The notes under the pieces: generated by a model
What the model saw: only the letters and a program-made list of their open reading frames with translations
Told to the model about the DNA's origin: nothing
Databases searched by the model: none
Program-made: the position numbers and the translations under genes
NCBI RefSeq assembly: GCF_964204645.1
Contig: NC_134026.1
Coordinates: 20,742,150 to 20,806,149 of the forward strand
DNA from: Tubulanus polymorphus
Lineage: Eukaryota > Animalia > Nemertea
DNA length: 64,000 bases
Reading direction: 5' to 3'
In this document: one piece after another, positions 1 through 13,400 of the stretch
How the letters are laid out: the number at the start of each line of letters is the position of its first letter
Numbering within the stretch: position 1 is the first letter of the stretch

Positions 1-1443
1 TGATATGTTTTCCGATAATGAAATTCGAGTCACCCCTTTTGACGAGTTTTCGATGTACTCCGCTTAATTAGTTTTCATACCGAGCACGTCAATCTTGTAT
101 TGAGTACGTATATATTTTTTTGAATTGCTACCATTGAAAAATTGATTACAAATTTCTGTTCTATTTATGTGGGACTCGTATCAAATATCAAAACACAATC
201 CGCGGCAGAAAAAATATTTATGGCTTGTGTAATTCAAGTTAACTATTGAAAGAAAACGACGGGCAAGATTCATTCTACATAAGATATACCACAATCAATC
301 TTCATCTTCTAGATTGGTCGAATTTTTCTAAGAAAATATGGCACCAATGATTTCAAGCAGTCCGATATTCTGTCTGAATATTTGTTAAGTTATCCCACAA
401 AATTGCAAATTCAATGGATAAAATGAGTTTACTAAAACATCTACTTTAATAGTTGAAACTTTCGTTAAAATTTTTCAAGTACCGGGTCTAGTGTGTTTAT
501 TCATGTTTGGTTGCTTTTACTGTCCAGTCAATGTTAGAACTCTTACCAGGCAGGATATTTCGGACATTTCGTTTCTTTGCGAATCATTTTTCGGACTAAT
601 TAATTCCCAATTAACCTGAACGTCATCGCAGATATCCCATGGTTCTAGCACAAAACGCTCATATCACTTTGCCAACCTGTTCTGAAAACGGGCTATTGTA
701 GCGATTGTGTGCGCGCGCCAGAAACTCGATGTGGTTCCTCTACCAAACTCTCGTGCTCTGTATGGTACCTCTTCGGCGAGGGAAAATCGTGTGAAAACTT
801 TCTGCTTTATTTCCATTGGTCAATTCTTTTTGTGTCGACAATAATTGCCGAAATGTAGGTAGACTAGCTGCAGTTCTCTCCAAATGATCAGGCTTTTTGT
901 ATTATTACATAGCTTGATACTTCATAAGCATATCTACATTTGGAGTGGTGGAATATACCAATGACTTCCATATTTCAATTTTGGAAACTTCTTGGTCGAA
1001 AATTAGGTTTTACTCATCTCAGTAGTTATCGAAGTGAGTTTGTTAAATTTATTATATTACGTTTTCAAGGCATCCGATGTCCCCATTCTGGTAGGTGGAT
1101 AGTTTAATGGTCAAGTGGATAGTTTATTTGCTGCTTAGTTTGAATTTAGTGGGAAAAATCATGAGACACAAAATCCCAAGGAATATGATATACATGACCG
1201 GTTCAAGCTGTTAGATCTGGGAGTGCCCTTTTGAAAGAAAAAATATCGTTTTCAGGAATTCTTTACGAAATTATGCCATTTTCGATAAAGTGGTCTTATA
1301 ATTTCAAAATTTGGAGGTTCTTAAGTCTTGGATCCCCAACCCTGACTGGATTCATCCCTTGATATTATTAACAAAGTGTTGTTGTTTTAGTAATGGATAC
1401 CAGAAGTTAAATTCTAAAGACATTTTTCTCTTTTTCGTTTTAG

Positions 1444-4400
1444 GCGCATCTCTATTCATTGGGCATGACAATGTTTTTCTCGTCGCAGTACAACCCTAGT
1501 CCGCAACACCGGTTGAGTTTGAATCTGAATAAACTGCTCGCCGAGATGACCGCTGAGAGCTACGACGACCGAGCCGACTTCGACGAGGTCGTCGCGCAGT
1601 GCGCCGTCGCGTTGACCGAAGTGTCGTCGACGTCGATCTGTCAGGAATTGGCCTCGTCCGCGCGTAGGTCTGACAGTCGTTCCATATCCTATGAAGGTAG
1701 GCCTGGGGATTTTTTTCATCGAAGCTTTCGTTTACACGCAGTTAACCACGCCTTAATCGGTAGCTAACGAACAGAGTTCCTCGTTAAAAAGTTCTTATTG
1801 ATATATTGGCCTCTCATATTAAATCGAGAAAAGAAACCTAGGCGAATTTATCGAAACATACTCAATTCTGAGTACCCCTACAAGTATAGTACCGGTACTC
1901 GATACATTTATCCAAGGGTATACTCAATTTTGGGTACCATATGCATGGTAACCCTCCTAAGTATACCCAAGATAAAAATGGCGGCCACTTGTATGCACTA
2001 TGGCCATATTTGTTGCGACGAAAACCAACATAACTTAGTAATCCACAACTTCGAAATTTAGTACCCTATATTGCTCAAGTACTGTACCTGGAATTAGTTA
2101 CGTTTCAATGAATTCACCTCCAGGGCCCAGTTCCACAGTTGCGAGCTAGAGTTAACTCTTGAGTTAAAGCTCGTTCATTCTCAAGAGTAAAATCTTAACT
2201 CAGAACTGCGGAACTGGACCATGAGTGGTGCTCAGCGGGTAGAGGGATTAAAAAGAAAATAAGATAGAAGTTTCCACGAATATTTCAGCAGCAAAAGCGT
2301 CATTGATTTAATTTTTTCTCGTTACAGAATCGAAATCTGCGAATGACGACAATCGTTTAGATTCAGTATTGGACGATCTGGAATCGACGGCGCCGGTTCC
2401 GAAGTCGGCGAATGGCTCGCCATATTCGACGATGACCGAAAGTATTTACTCCGACGAAGCGAACGACGCCGTTTCGCCGGAGCTGATGCACGTTCACGAC
2501 GTGCAGAATTTCATGCAAGTCGAACTGAGCAGAAGCGCGTTAAAGGGTAAAAGTTGTACGAATATTAATCACGAATTCGAGAGCGACGACAATGACGAAG
2601 AAATCCTCAATCGGGAGGACAGCATTTATAACGAATTAGCGACGATCGGCGACGATAATTCTCTCGGTCGGAGGTCGGATGGTGAAGGTCGTTGTGGCGA
2701 TACTACCGACGACGAAGACACGGCGGCAACCCCGACCCCTCATCGACAACCGGATTTAGAAATTACGATCGCCCACGACGCAGATTCTAGTCACGAATCC
2801 GACCGCCAAAAATCGACTTCGAACGTCGACGAAGGAACGTTTTCGCCGGCGCCAGTTCTGATGAATAATCTATCAGTTACGCCTGTGTATACGAGAGCGC
2901 CGACGCCCTCTAGGGAGAGGATGCATAGTCCGCAGGATGATTTGAAGTGTATTCTCAGCGGTCAGCAGACGCCGACAGCGCCGATCTCGCCGATGATGAT
3001 GACTCGGAAAATTCGTCCCGTCTTGAATAACGAGACGAGTTTAAGAAGCCGTACGGTCAGCGAGATGAGCGAATATTCGGACGACGATGTTTTTTTGAGC
3101 GACAGCAAAATGGAGATGTTGAAAACGACGATTCCGCCGGTGAACGGAACAAGCGTGCAAGAAGTGCTCGATAAACTGGGATGCGGTTTACACGAAGATG
3201 AACTGTGGTCATTGTGTAAACAGGCAATTACGGCGATTGAAGAAACGCAAACTATTCGTAAGTTATCGGGACCTGAAATTGAAAGCATTTCATTCAGTTA
3301 TACACAGGTTTTAGAAAGTCGTTGGAGAGAATTTCGGAAAAATAGAACTCTTTTTCCAGGCCCTATGGAAAACTATGGAAATTATGTTTATTTTCAGTGG
3401 TTATAGAAGAGGTATGGAAAATGAGAAGATAGACTCGAAATATAATTTTCCTTCAATTTTGCTTTAAAGGCTAAGCCTACATGCCTGGTTGTGTTACGAA
3501 CAATTTTGACAACCATTGTCAGTTTCCAGATAACGCTCTGTTCATAGCCATTACACATTTTGATAAAACTCTTAATGAAAACACTTGGTTAATGGTATTG
3601 ATACTTTAATGCCACCAATTACTTTGAATGGGCATCTATATGAAAAAAAATGTTGGCAAAAATGTAATTTGAGGACGATTTTGTTCACAATCTGAGTATG
3701 GAAAATGAAATAGGTTAGTCTGTAAGAACCCTGACTTGAGGAATTTGGTTACCCGGTATATTCAGAGGTTTCATAGTTCAGAATAACCCTGTGATTTTGA
3801 TAAAAGATCGCGGAATATATGGACGGATTCCCAGCATTCACCCCTATGTTTTCAAATAAATTTCAGTGGTAATATGTCCTATGAACATGCTTATAACGGA
3901 TGGTGGACGTGTAGTTTTTCGTCATTCTTCAACTTTCACCGACGACGATTCGGATTTTTCCACGATGTACATCGCGCCAGAACTCAATGAAAATGATCCG
4001 GTCACGGAAAAGGTAGGTTCAACCGATTTGAAGATAAAAGAGTTTTCGCTGCTGACACTTTCATACCCTATATTACTGAATTTTATTGCTGAAGAAAAGT
4101 TGAAAATTATACCTGCAGGGTTTAACGGACATACTGCTAGATGCAGGCTGTCACCAAATTGCATCCACTGCACTGTCAACGTATCATTAGCGCCACAGAG
4201 AACACGCCATATAGAGTGGGTGTCCATATTTAGGAGGGGTTCGAACAAATCCCTGTTCATTGACAAAGGTCCACCCAGATGCTGGCCTTGAGAAAATTAG
4301 AGCATTCATTTCAAAAGATTCATTGGTAACACATTTTCATTCGATTTTGTTCTTCATCTGAGCTGAATGTTATTGTTGGCTTCTTTGTTTACTAGTCGTG

Positions 4401-7400
4401 CGTATTCAGTTTGGCTGCCACGTTGTGGACCGCGGCAGATCACAATCTACCTGACAATCAAGAGCCTGATTTATCGGAGCAGTTAGAGAATTTGCTCGTC
4501 GACAGCGTCTGCAAGGATCATAAACGCCGACCGACACTTTTAGATATTCTTGAGGTAAAGAGTATTTTCTTTCACTGGGCATGGCGTCGACGTGGTAATT
4601 CCCATGCATATGAAGCCGTAGCAAATTCGATGGTGGCCCGATTGTAACCGCCATTTTTCGAGTTATGCATGCGAAGAATTTCAATGTGTCTTCAAAACAA
4701 TACATGGTGATCATGTAGCGGATTCGAGCAGGAAAACTAATGCATGGCACCATTTTATGAAAATTTGAATTAATATCTGGTAGAAAATTCCTTGTACTTA
4801 TGTTAAGTCATTAAGAACCCTTGGGACTTGTAGGTATAAGACTTCTATAACCTAAAGATTAATTTTTCAGGTAAGTCATGTCAACGACTTCAGTTTTCTT
4901 GGTTTCTTCATTCAGGTTTGTGAAGAAGTTGACGAGACGCTGAGTCATCCATCTCACATACTATTGCAGGCTTTACTACGCGATGCCAGACACGCTAATG
5001 TATATGGAATCAATAACGTAAGTTATCGAAATTATAAGCTACGGAGTAATCATTCAACCCCGACTCTTTAAAAACCTCTCCTATTCCTTTAAGTCCCTTG
5101 TCTGATCAGTAGTTTTTTAACTAGATTTCCTCTCCGAGTATTTATAGATGTATTTACTCTAAATAACTTTTTAGTCTAACATCTCTTAGAGACTCGAAAA
5201 AATTTTCATTACCATGACCAGTCCAGGCACCTGCAAAAGCTTTCATCACTCCTGAATCCCAGCATGCACATACAAAAACAAAGTGTATAACAAGGATACC
5301 AGGGATGATTAAAGTTGCACTAGGCCAATGATTAGCTCCTGTTAGATTTAAAAATTAAGCTGCAGTTACGTACATCTAAATTCAGATTCAAGAAAGAAAA
5401 TCCTTACTGGTTAATTAAAAGGATTTTTCCACCATTCATATTATCTTTGGAAGTAATTCAGGCATTTTGGTGACACTTCGGCATTCCTACGATTGAATAC
5501 AGTGTCTTGCAAACAAATAGTCTTGAATCGTATAGATGTGACGTCAGCTATATTTTTTCTGTGTGATTTTCCTCTGCTTCTGTCCTCACCATTGTTCGCG
5601 TATATGCAATATTCCAGGCTCATATTCAAGAGTCTTTAACGCAAGAGGTGAAAAAAACCCAACAAGATCTGCTGGATACGATAAGAAACATCAACCCGGT
5701 TTCACTCCTCAAACCAGTGAGTTGCTTTATTTGAGATACGCACCAGATTTTCAGTCTGATCGTTAGGGCATGACGATATGTGAAGTAACCAACCTCTACC
5801 CTAAAAAAACATATATGTTTCAATTGCAAAATCAATAACTCAATGCCATTTTAAATAGGATTTTTATCATGTAATTCAAAATATACTGTCAGTTGCTTTA
5901 TCCATACCTGTCCTGATAATTATTCAAGAATCGGTGCTCTATCTTGTATCGTTATCCATAGAAAACCTTCACTCTTAAAATCCTTAGTTCGTAGTGTGAT
6001 TGTATATAGATGTCTTTTGATATGGAAATATCTATGAAAGATATCTACTTATGTTGCTTAACCCTTAGTGTGAGTTGGGCATACCTTCAGCATTTGATGT
6101 TATTGTTTTCGTGGATTGGACATCGTAAGAATGTTAATTCAACCTGGGATATCTTATGATACACCGGTATTTACGATTTTTTAAGAATCTTCTAAAATTT
6201 TTGAATAACCTCAGGTTTCGGAGCGAGTCGTAGCCGAGAAAAAGTCGAGCACCCCTACACCGCACGACATGCTGATGGAAGCGATTCAACTACACAATAA
6301 ATCAGCATTGAAAAAAGCCAAGGTAAATGATCCTTTAAAGTCGGGTCGAATATATTCTAATTGTTAATTGATTTTTGTTAGTTAATTTTTGATTTTGAAA
6401 AATGCCCTGAATTTTATCTATTTTCATCGCTGCAGAATTCGACCGGTCAACGTCGCGGCTCCACTGCCGAAATAGCGATGAAAAATCTCGATTTTCTCGA
6501 AAATCTCAAGAACAGTACTCCATCGAAGTCGACTCGAAGCGATTCCGTCGACGACAGCGAAGCGAAAAGAGATGTAAATCCACCCGATCCAGTGATTACT
6601 AACGAGAAGTTGTGCAAAAGGGAACTGAAGTTTGGCGAGGAAGTAAAAACATTAGCAGATTTAACATCGTCTGAAGCTTCATCGAATTCGATTGACACTA
6701 AAACCAATGAGGTGAAAGCGATTAAGGCCTCGGATAATTTCGACGATATTGGTTTTAAACCTGTGCACGGTGGTGGTGCACACGGTATCGCGGGTTCAGC
6801 ATTCCGCGTGATAAAACCAACCGCGAAACAACCCACCAACGAAACGGCATCTTCTGTCGTATCAACAGTAAAACCTTCTGCTGCTTCCGAATCTCCGAAA
6901 GTCCCAAATTTACCGAAAGCTTTCACGTCACCGGCTAATCACTTTACCCCGATAGTGCTCGCTTCCGACGAAAAGTCGACCGGTGCTACGTCGGGAAGTG
7001 AAGTTGAAATTCCAGCCACGAAGGAACAACCTAAAAAATCCGGCTTTCAAACAAACGCTTCGAAGATCGAAAGTTTCAACGAGAAAAATCGAAAAGTCAA
7101 AGAAAAGTTAGACGAACTGAAAAGGCATTTACGCAGTCGGCCACCTCCGAATATGGTCAAGTGTCTGGAAGAGGACGCGAAGGAGAGAATCTCGCTTCCG
7201 AGTTCGACAGTTGGAGTGAAGTCTGGACAGGATTCGGACGAGAGTAGCGCAGGAGCCGCTGCTCGGCCTCCGATCGGAGTGGCAACGAATCGGTCAAAAT
7301 CGACGGATATTCTCGGCCGGCCGAGGTCGCGTAGCAGCGTCGATCTAACTCCGACGGCGATCGTTCAACCGCGAACGAAAGCCAATCCGGAAAAACGTCA

Positions 7401-10400
7401 TAGCGTCGATTCGACGATCGGTCGGGCAGTCGCGTCGAATATCTCGCCCGAACACACGGAGGTAATCGTCGCTCCGGTGCGTGTCGACTACGACGCCGAT
7501 GGTCAGAATTCGGGTCAGTCGCGTAGTGGTACGGAGCTGTCCTCGTCGTCGCGGTCGCAAATAGTGAATAATAATTCGGTACCGAGCATTCGATCGAACG
7601 CGTCGTCGAGTCACTCGTCGACGAATCCGATTCATTTTCAAATGGCCATGTTGCAAAATACGCAGTTCATGATGCAACAAGATCCGAATACCGGCTTAAT
7701 CCAGTTAGTACCTGTTGTGTCGTCGGTTACAACAAGTTTGCAACAACAGTTGCCGTCGTTCGAAGTGACGGACTTTCAAAACTCTGCTAGCGAGCGATCT
7801 TCCGTCAGACAACCCGATTTGTCGAACTCGTCGGTTGCCAGCGGCGCACGTGGGGATAGTTGTAGCGGCGCGAATAACGACGAAAGACCGTCGTCGCGAC
7901 AGCGGATTAAGTCGAAAAGTCGTCTGGAAAGCGTCAATTCTGCTAGATCTCACTCCAGTCGACCTGCGTCGCGCACGAGCGATACCAGCGAACGTTCCCA
8001 ACGCGCTAAAAGTTTACAATCGCGGCAGAGCAGCGAGCGCTCGTCTTACCGCAATCGACTTCCTTCGGTGACGGAGGCTCGCATCGCGAACTCGCTACAC
8101 CAGGTGGCAAATAGTAAAAATGAAGCAAAACTCGACGTCGATCTTCCTCCGCCTCTGAAGCGAATGAGTTTCGGACGACAATCGGACAACTCGCATTATC
8201 GCCGCTCATTTTCCGATGCCGATTTAACGCACGTTACGACGCTTGAATCGTCGAATTGTCTGAGTCATTTGTTGGTGACGCCAAAAAATGTTTCCGTCAA
8301 CAAACGCAGTTCGAACATCGCGTTAGGCGTGTCCGGGGTACAGGCGAAATATCGCGCCATTTCGAAGTCGACCGACGATCTGAGGTCGGAAGATAAACGA
8401 TCGACGTTGCGTCTAAGTCTCGAATTGGACGATCGGTTCGTGACAAAAGAACGACGCCAACAAACGCGGATGAAAGCACCGATGGCATCTCCGATCTTGG
8501 GGGTACCGCCGAACCAGTCGGTGCCCTCTCCGCCTCTGACGCCGTCGCTATCAAAAGACAGCGGCGTCAGCGGCGTGAATATGAAAAGCGCATTGATGGA
8601 AAGGTTTTTGAACAGCGAAGGGATGAGGCGAGGCGCATTGTTGACTAAAGTGATAGCGTTGCTTCGAGAGGAATTCGCGTTCGACGGATATATGGAGAAC
8701 GGAGTTGAAGATCTTGCTATGGGTATGTCAATGTGAATTCTATTACAATTACGAGCTGTAAGGATTTCATAAGTTTTTGCCAATTCGTGTTTCGTAGCAT
8801 TTTAAGTGTTTTACCACTGACTCAATCCTGAGCCTCAACCCTTCCCATTACGAATAGCCCCAGAAACTTTTTCGAACACGATGTGACTGTCAGGCTTTAT
8901 AAACCATGAGGCTGTCACCCATATTTTACCTCCAACTTTACCTTGGGCTTATCACTACTCAATGGTTTTCTGCAAGGTTTTACAGAGCTGCAAACTGTTC
9001 CTGAATTTTCCTATTTTTCTCTGTTATCCTCTTGGCTTATATTGACTTTGTTTAATGCCAACAGAAATGTCATATATGAAACAGAAGGCCTTACCCTCAG
9101 TTATTCATTGATTTGAACGTATTGTCTCATATTCCACTGAAATGTCTATGATTTTCAAGTTCTTCAAATCACTGCTAATAACACTTTTAGTCATTGATAG
9201 CCATGGTTTTTATGTGACCGAATAAATATTTTCTTTCGTCTGTGCAAAAAAAAACGTTGCTGTCAGTGGGAAAAATGTTTCTCATCCACGTAGATATTAG
9301 GTTATTAACCTTATCTTATGTATTGCTTATATTTTCATAGGAGAATATGTTCTGTCATTAAACAATCTGAAGTGGGGCACATTTTGTAATGCCATTACGG
9401 AAAAGTACTGCGATTTATACTGGTCTGAAGATTTACTCAGCAATCTGTACGCAGTGATCAATGGACTAAGACGTAACCACACTGCGAAGTAAGTTCAATT
9501 GGAAAGCCTTTCTACATCTAGTCAATCACTTCAGAAAAACATTTGGTCCTTCCATAGACTGTATTTAAACTCTATTAAGTCACAGTGACTCCGGGTGCCT
9601 CTTACATGCTTGTCTTTTAATATGTTGTAATCCAAGTAAGGGCCAGTTCCTAAGTTCTTGGATGAAAATTTTACTCTTAGACTTAAATCACTAGAAAGTA
9701 GCTGATTTTACCTCTTGAGTGAGCGCTTAACCAACAAGAATTGAACTAGGTCTAAGTTCAGATTTGGCCCGTCAAAAGTCTTAAGTTCAAATTTGGCCCA
9801 TCATAAGTTGCATTATTAGAAGTAAATCTAGAGACAAGTTTAACTATTGCGGTAAATGTGAAATTTGGGCATTGGCTCTTTTTTGGCCTCACCTCATCAG
9901 TCACAAACAATAACCCTCAAACCGGCATATCAAGCTGGGGCCAGTTTTATAGACTGGTATTTTTTTTAACCTGGGGGTTAACTCAACTCATTTTCAATTG
10001 AAATAAACCAGGATTAAAGTTAATACCAGTCTATAAAACCGGCCCCGCTATTTACTATATTTTTGTCGATAATGATTTTTAAGCATCATATATAGTAGAA
10101 TTTTCTATGACAGGTCGATGGAAGATCTGATTGGAAAAGCAGCATTTGATGTAAATGCGGTGAACTCATCAACACATCAAGCAGTAGCAAATGTAACAGC
10201 GGCCAAGCCGGAAAACGATCCTCGTTCAGCATTCCGCCCGATTACCTTCTCCGACGAGAATGAGATCAATCCAATCGGTGTATTGAAACCAAAACCAGTA
10301 AGAAATTTGAGCGACATCACCCCGTCGAATCACAATCCAGTCATGAATCGCAAACACAAGAACGAATCGGCAGCTGCTGCGATCGAAAAAGAGAACGTGA

Positions 10401-13400
10401 TGCCAATTCCCGAGAAAAGAATCGTCAAAGAAAAGAAGAATGAAATAGTTGTAAGCGAAAGCGAGCAGACGACAGTATCACAACTGACTGGACAAAAAGA
10501 TGGATCAATTCTGGTAATTGTTATGAGTCAATGAACTGATTTAACAGAAACAACTGTAGAACTGACTCTTGCACCTCCCTGCTTGAATACTGTAGCGTCA
10601 TCATATTTACGTGGACCCCCATAAGACGGCACAATGTAATAAATAAATATTCATGTACCGGTAATAAAACCCATCTCTCTACGAAGTAACATTCGGCACT
10701 CGGTAGTCATCTCTCAGGCCAGGTAACCATTTACTTCTGAATGGAGAGATGCAAGGAGAGATACAAGTGTCTTGCGAAATGATACCGTCACCCATGACCC
10801 GATATCCCAGATTTGAAAACTCTAGCCACTTACCCACATCACTCAATAATCAAAATTCTACACTACCAGGTTTATTATGTATTACAATATTATTTACTTC
10901 CTGGTATACTATGTCTTATTCATAAATGAATTCGTAAATAAAAACTCATTATCAGGGTCTGATCTAAAGAACAAAAGCAGAGGCAAGCATACCGTCTAAA
11001 ATGCCCTTAACAGTAAGTCCGATTGGTGGCACACTCATCAGTCGGATTGAGTGGGAAAAAAGTGCAATCAGACAAGTGCTTAGATCGGACCCTGATTATG
11101 AATGATATCATTATCATTATAGGATGTTGTCGTTACTGATGATGATGATGATGAAGATGATTTCACGTTGAATATATCGACGCCGAAAGATATTTTCGTG
11201 ATGCCGTACACTGACACGGAACCATCGAATAGTTTCGACTACATGCCGAACAGTCCGGAACATCCCGCCGCACCGAAACCGCGGCTGATCAAAGTTCAAT
11301 CGAGTCAAGCTATTCTACCAACTGACCATTCGTTATCGCAGCAATCGAGGCGGTTAAATCGTCGTGGCAGCACGTCATCGGTGGTCAGCGGTAAATTGTC
11401 GGTGAAACTGCCCGAAGTTCCGTTGCCGGTTAACATTGAGGAATCATCTCGAGACTTGGTGACGGTTATGACGTACTATCTAGAAAAGCGACTCGGACAA
11501 TGGAGTGACACGGCTCAGGTTTTGCATGAAGAATTGGTAATTTCCCTTCAATAATGTTACTATTTTCCTGAAAAATTCTACACATAATCAAGATGCTTGT
11601 GTAATTTAAGTGTACAATGTACCGATAGTTTATATATTATATCTGCATCAATCCAAACTCAAGCTATGCTTTAGTAATGCCCCTCTTGCCGTAATGTAGA
11701 GTTGGAAGTCACGTGAGGCTATTGAGCTGAAGATGACCGAAATCGAACAGGAAATAATGTTAGTGACAAAAATGAGGAGGAAGTCGCAAGTTTTCTATAA
11801 GAAAATGATAGAAAATACTAAAGCAGCGAAAGGTATGCGTTCAGCTGGACCCAGTTTGATAGAATTGGGTGTTAGAATAAACTCTGTGTTGAAAATACTT
11901 CATTTCCACATATCTAAGGCCTTAGCACACTAGGAGGAATGGGTGGTGCATACTTACCTCCTAGTTTGTGGGGAAATTAAGGTGCAGCTGTGGCACCTGC
12001 CGCCAAAATCCGTGCACCACCAGTTCCCCTAGTGCGCCCCTGGCTTATGTAAGTCATACTTTTTCCTGGTTCTCTAGGAGCAGAACAAAAGAGCACAATG
12101 GCAAAAGTATTCGATGATATTTCGACTATGACGAAGAAAATATTGAACTTAAAAGAAGCTAAACGCCACCTTGAGGTAATGTGGACAGTCTGCTTTAAGT
12201 GAAAATTGATCTTTATGGTATCTTGACTTTTGTCTAAACCATTTATTTGCTAATGTTTTGTAGATGGTATATGCTGAGAGATGGGGTCTGAATCACTGTT
12301 TACTCTCAAGTTTAGCTCGATGGCCACCCACGCAAGTAATGGATCTGCAGGCGGAAAATAGTAACTTGCTTCTTCAGTTCAAAGTGGTACGAAATCGACC
12401 GGATGCTTTTGAAACGCAGGTTTTGCAAGCAGGCACTCCACTCGGTTTGACGGCCTATCTGTTTTCCAAGTAAGTTGTTTATCATAAAAAAAGCTAGTTG
12501 GCCATTCTACAAATTAACAGAATCAATCTTTCATGAATTCTAGGAAAGCTCTGGTGGTCTATAATGGTCTCTTTTCAATGGTCTCTTTTAAACAAATAAT
12601 CTTTGAAATTATATCTTCAAATTCAAGATATGCAAGGACTCAGTTTCACTGTTTGGGTTAAAATTTCACCCTTCAGAGGTCGATATTTTAGTCTAATTTT
12701 GATTCTACAAATGGAAAACTTGATTGATCTTTCAGATGTCCCCTTCATAGCTTCCTTACATTAATCTTGTTCATATGGAGCTTTATTCATTTTTACAAAT
12801 CTCTTCGTTGTTTTAGGGAAAGCGTGTCGGAAGGATTTGTACACGAATTCTTCTACAGCTATCGCTATTTTACGACTTCGAAGAAAGTTTTAACGTTCTT
12901 ATTGGAGAAGTTTACCACAGCTTCAAGCAGGTATGCCACGATACAGCTTCGGTAGAATTAACCCAATTCATTTCAATAAAATGGTGCAAGTAAAATCATT
13001 ACTGGTATTATCTTTAACCTGGATTTAACTCAATTCATTTTCAATTGAGTTAACCCCTGGGTTAAAGATAATACCAGTCTGTTAAACCTGTAAATGGATT
13101 TTTTGGGAATTTGTATTCTTTAAAAGATACATAACTTTTTTGATTGAAATTGAAGAATTCCACATTACAAGTGGTAACAGTCAAGTGATCCTATTACATA
13201 CCAGTATGCTATTTCATTGCACCAGTTTTATCCAAACATCTTTAATGTACAATTTCAGTTTATCGGACTCGACCGCTGTTCAGAAAAATGTTCAACATCG
13301 TGCAATCGATCTACTGACGTTCTGGTTGCAAGGATATTACAATCTCGATTTCAAAAACAACCCGGATGTCACCAAGCAACTTGAAACTTTCTTTGCAAAA

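Noticed and set aside
6447-8783. Several antisense and alternative-frame ORFs overlapping the large KNDC1 exon
   Set aside because: Shadow ORFs are expected from GC/CpG-rich coding sequence, and these have no recognisable motifs.
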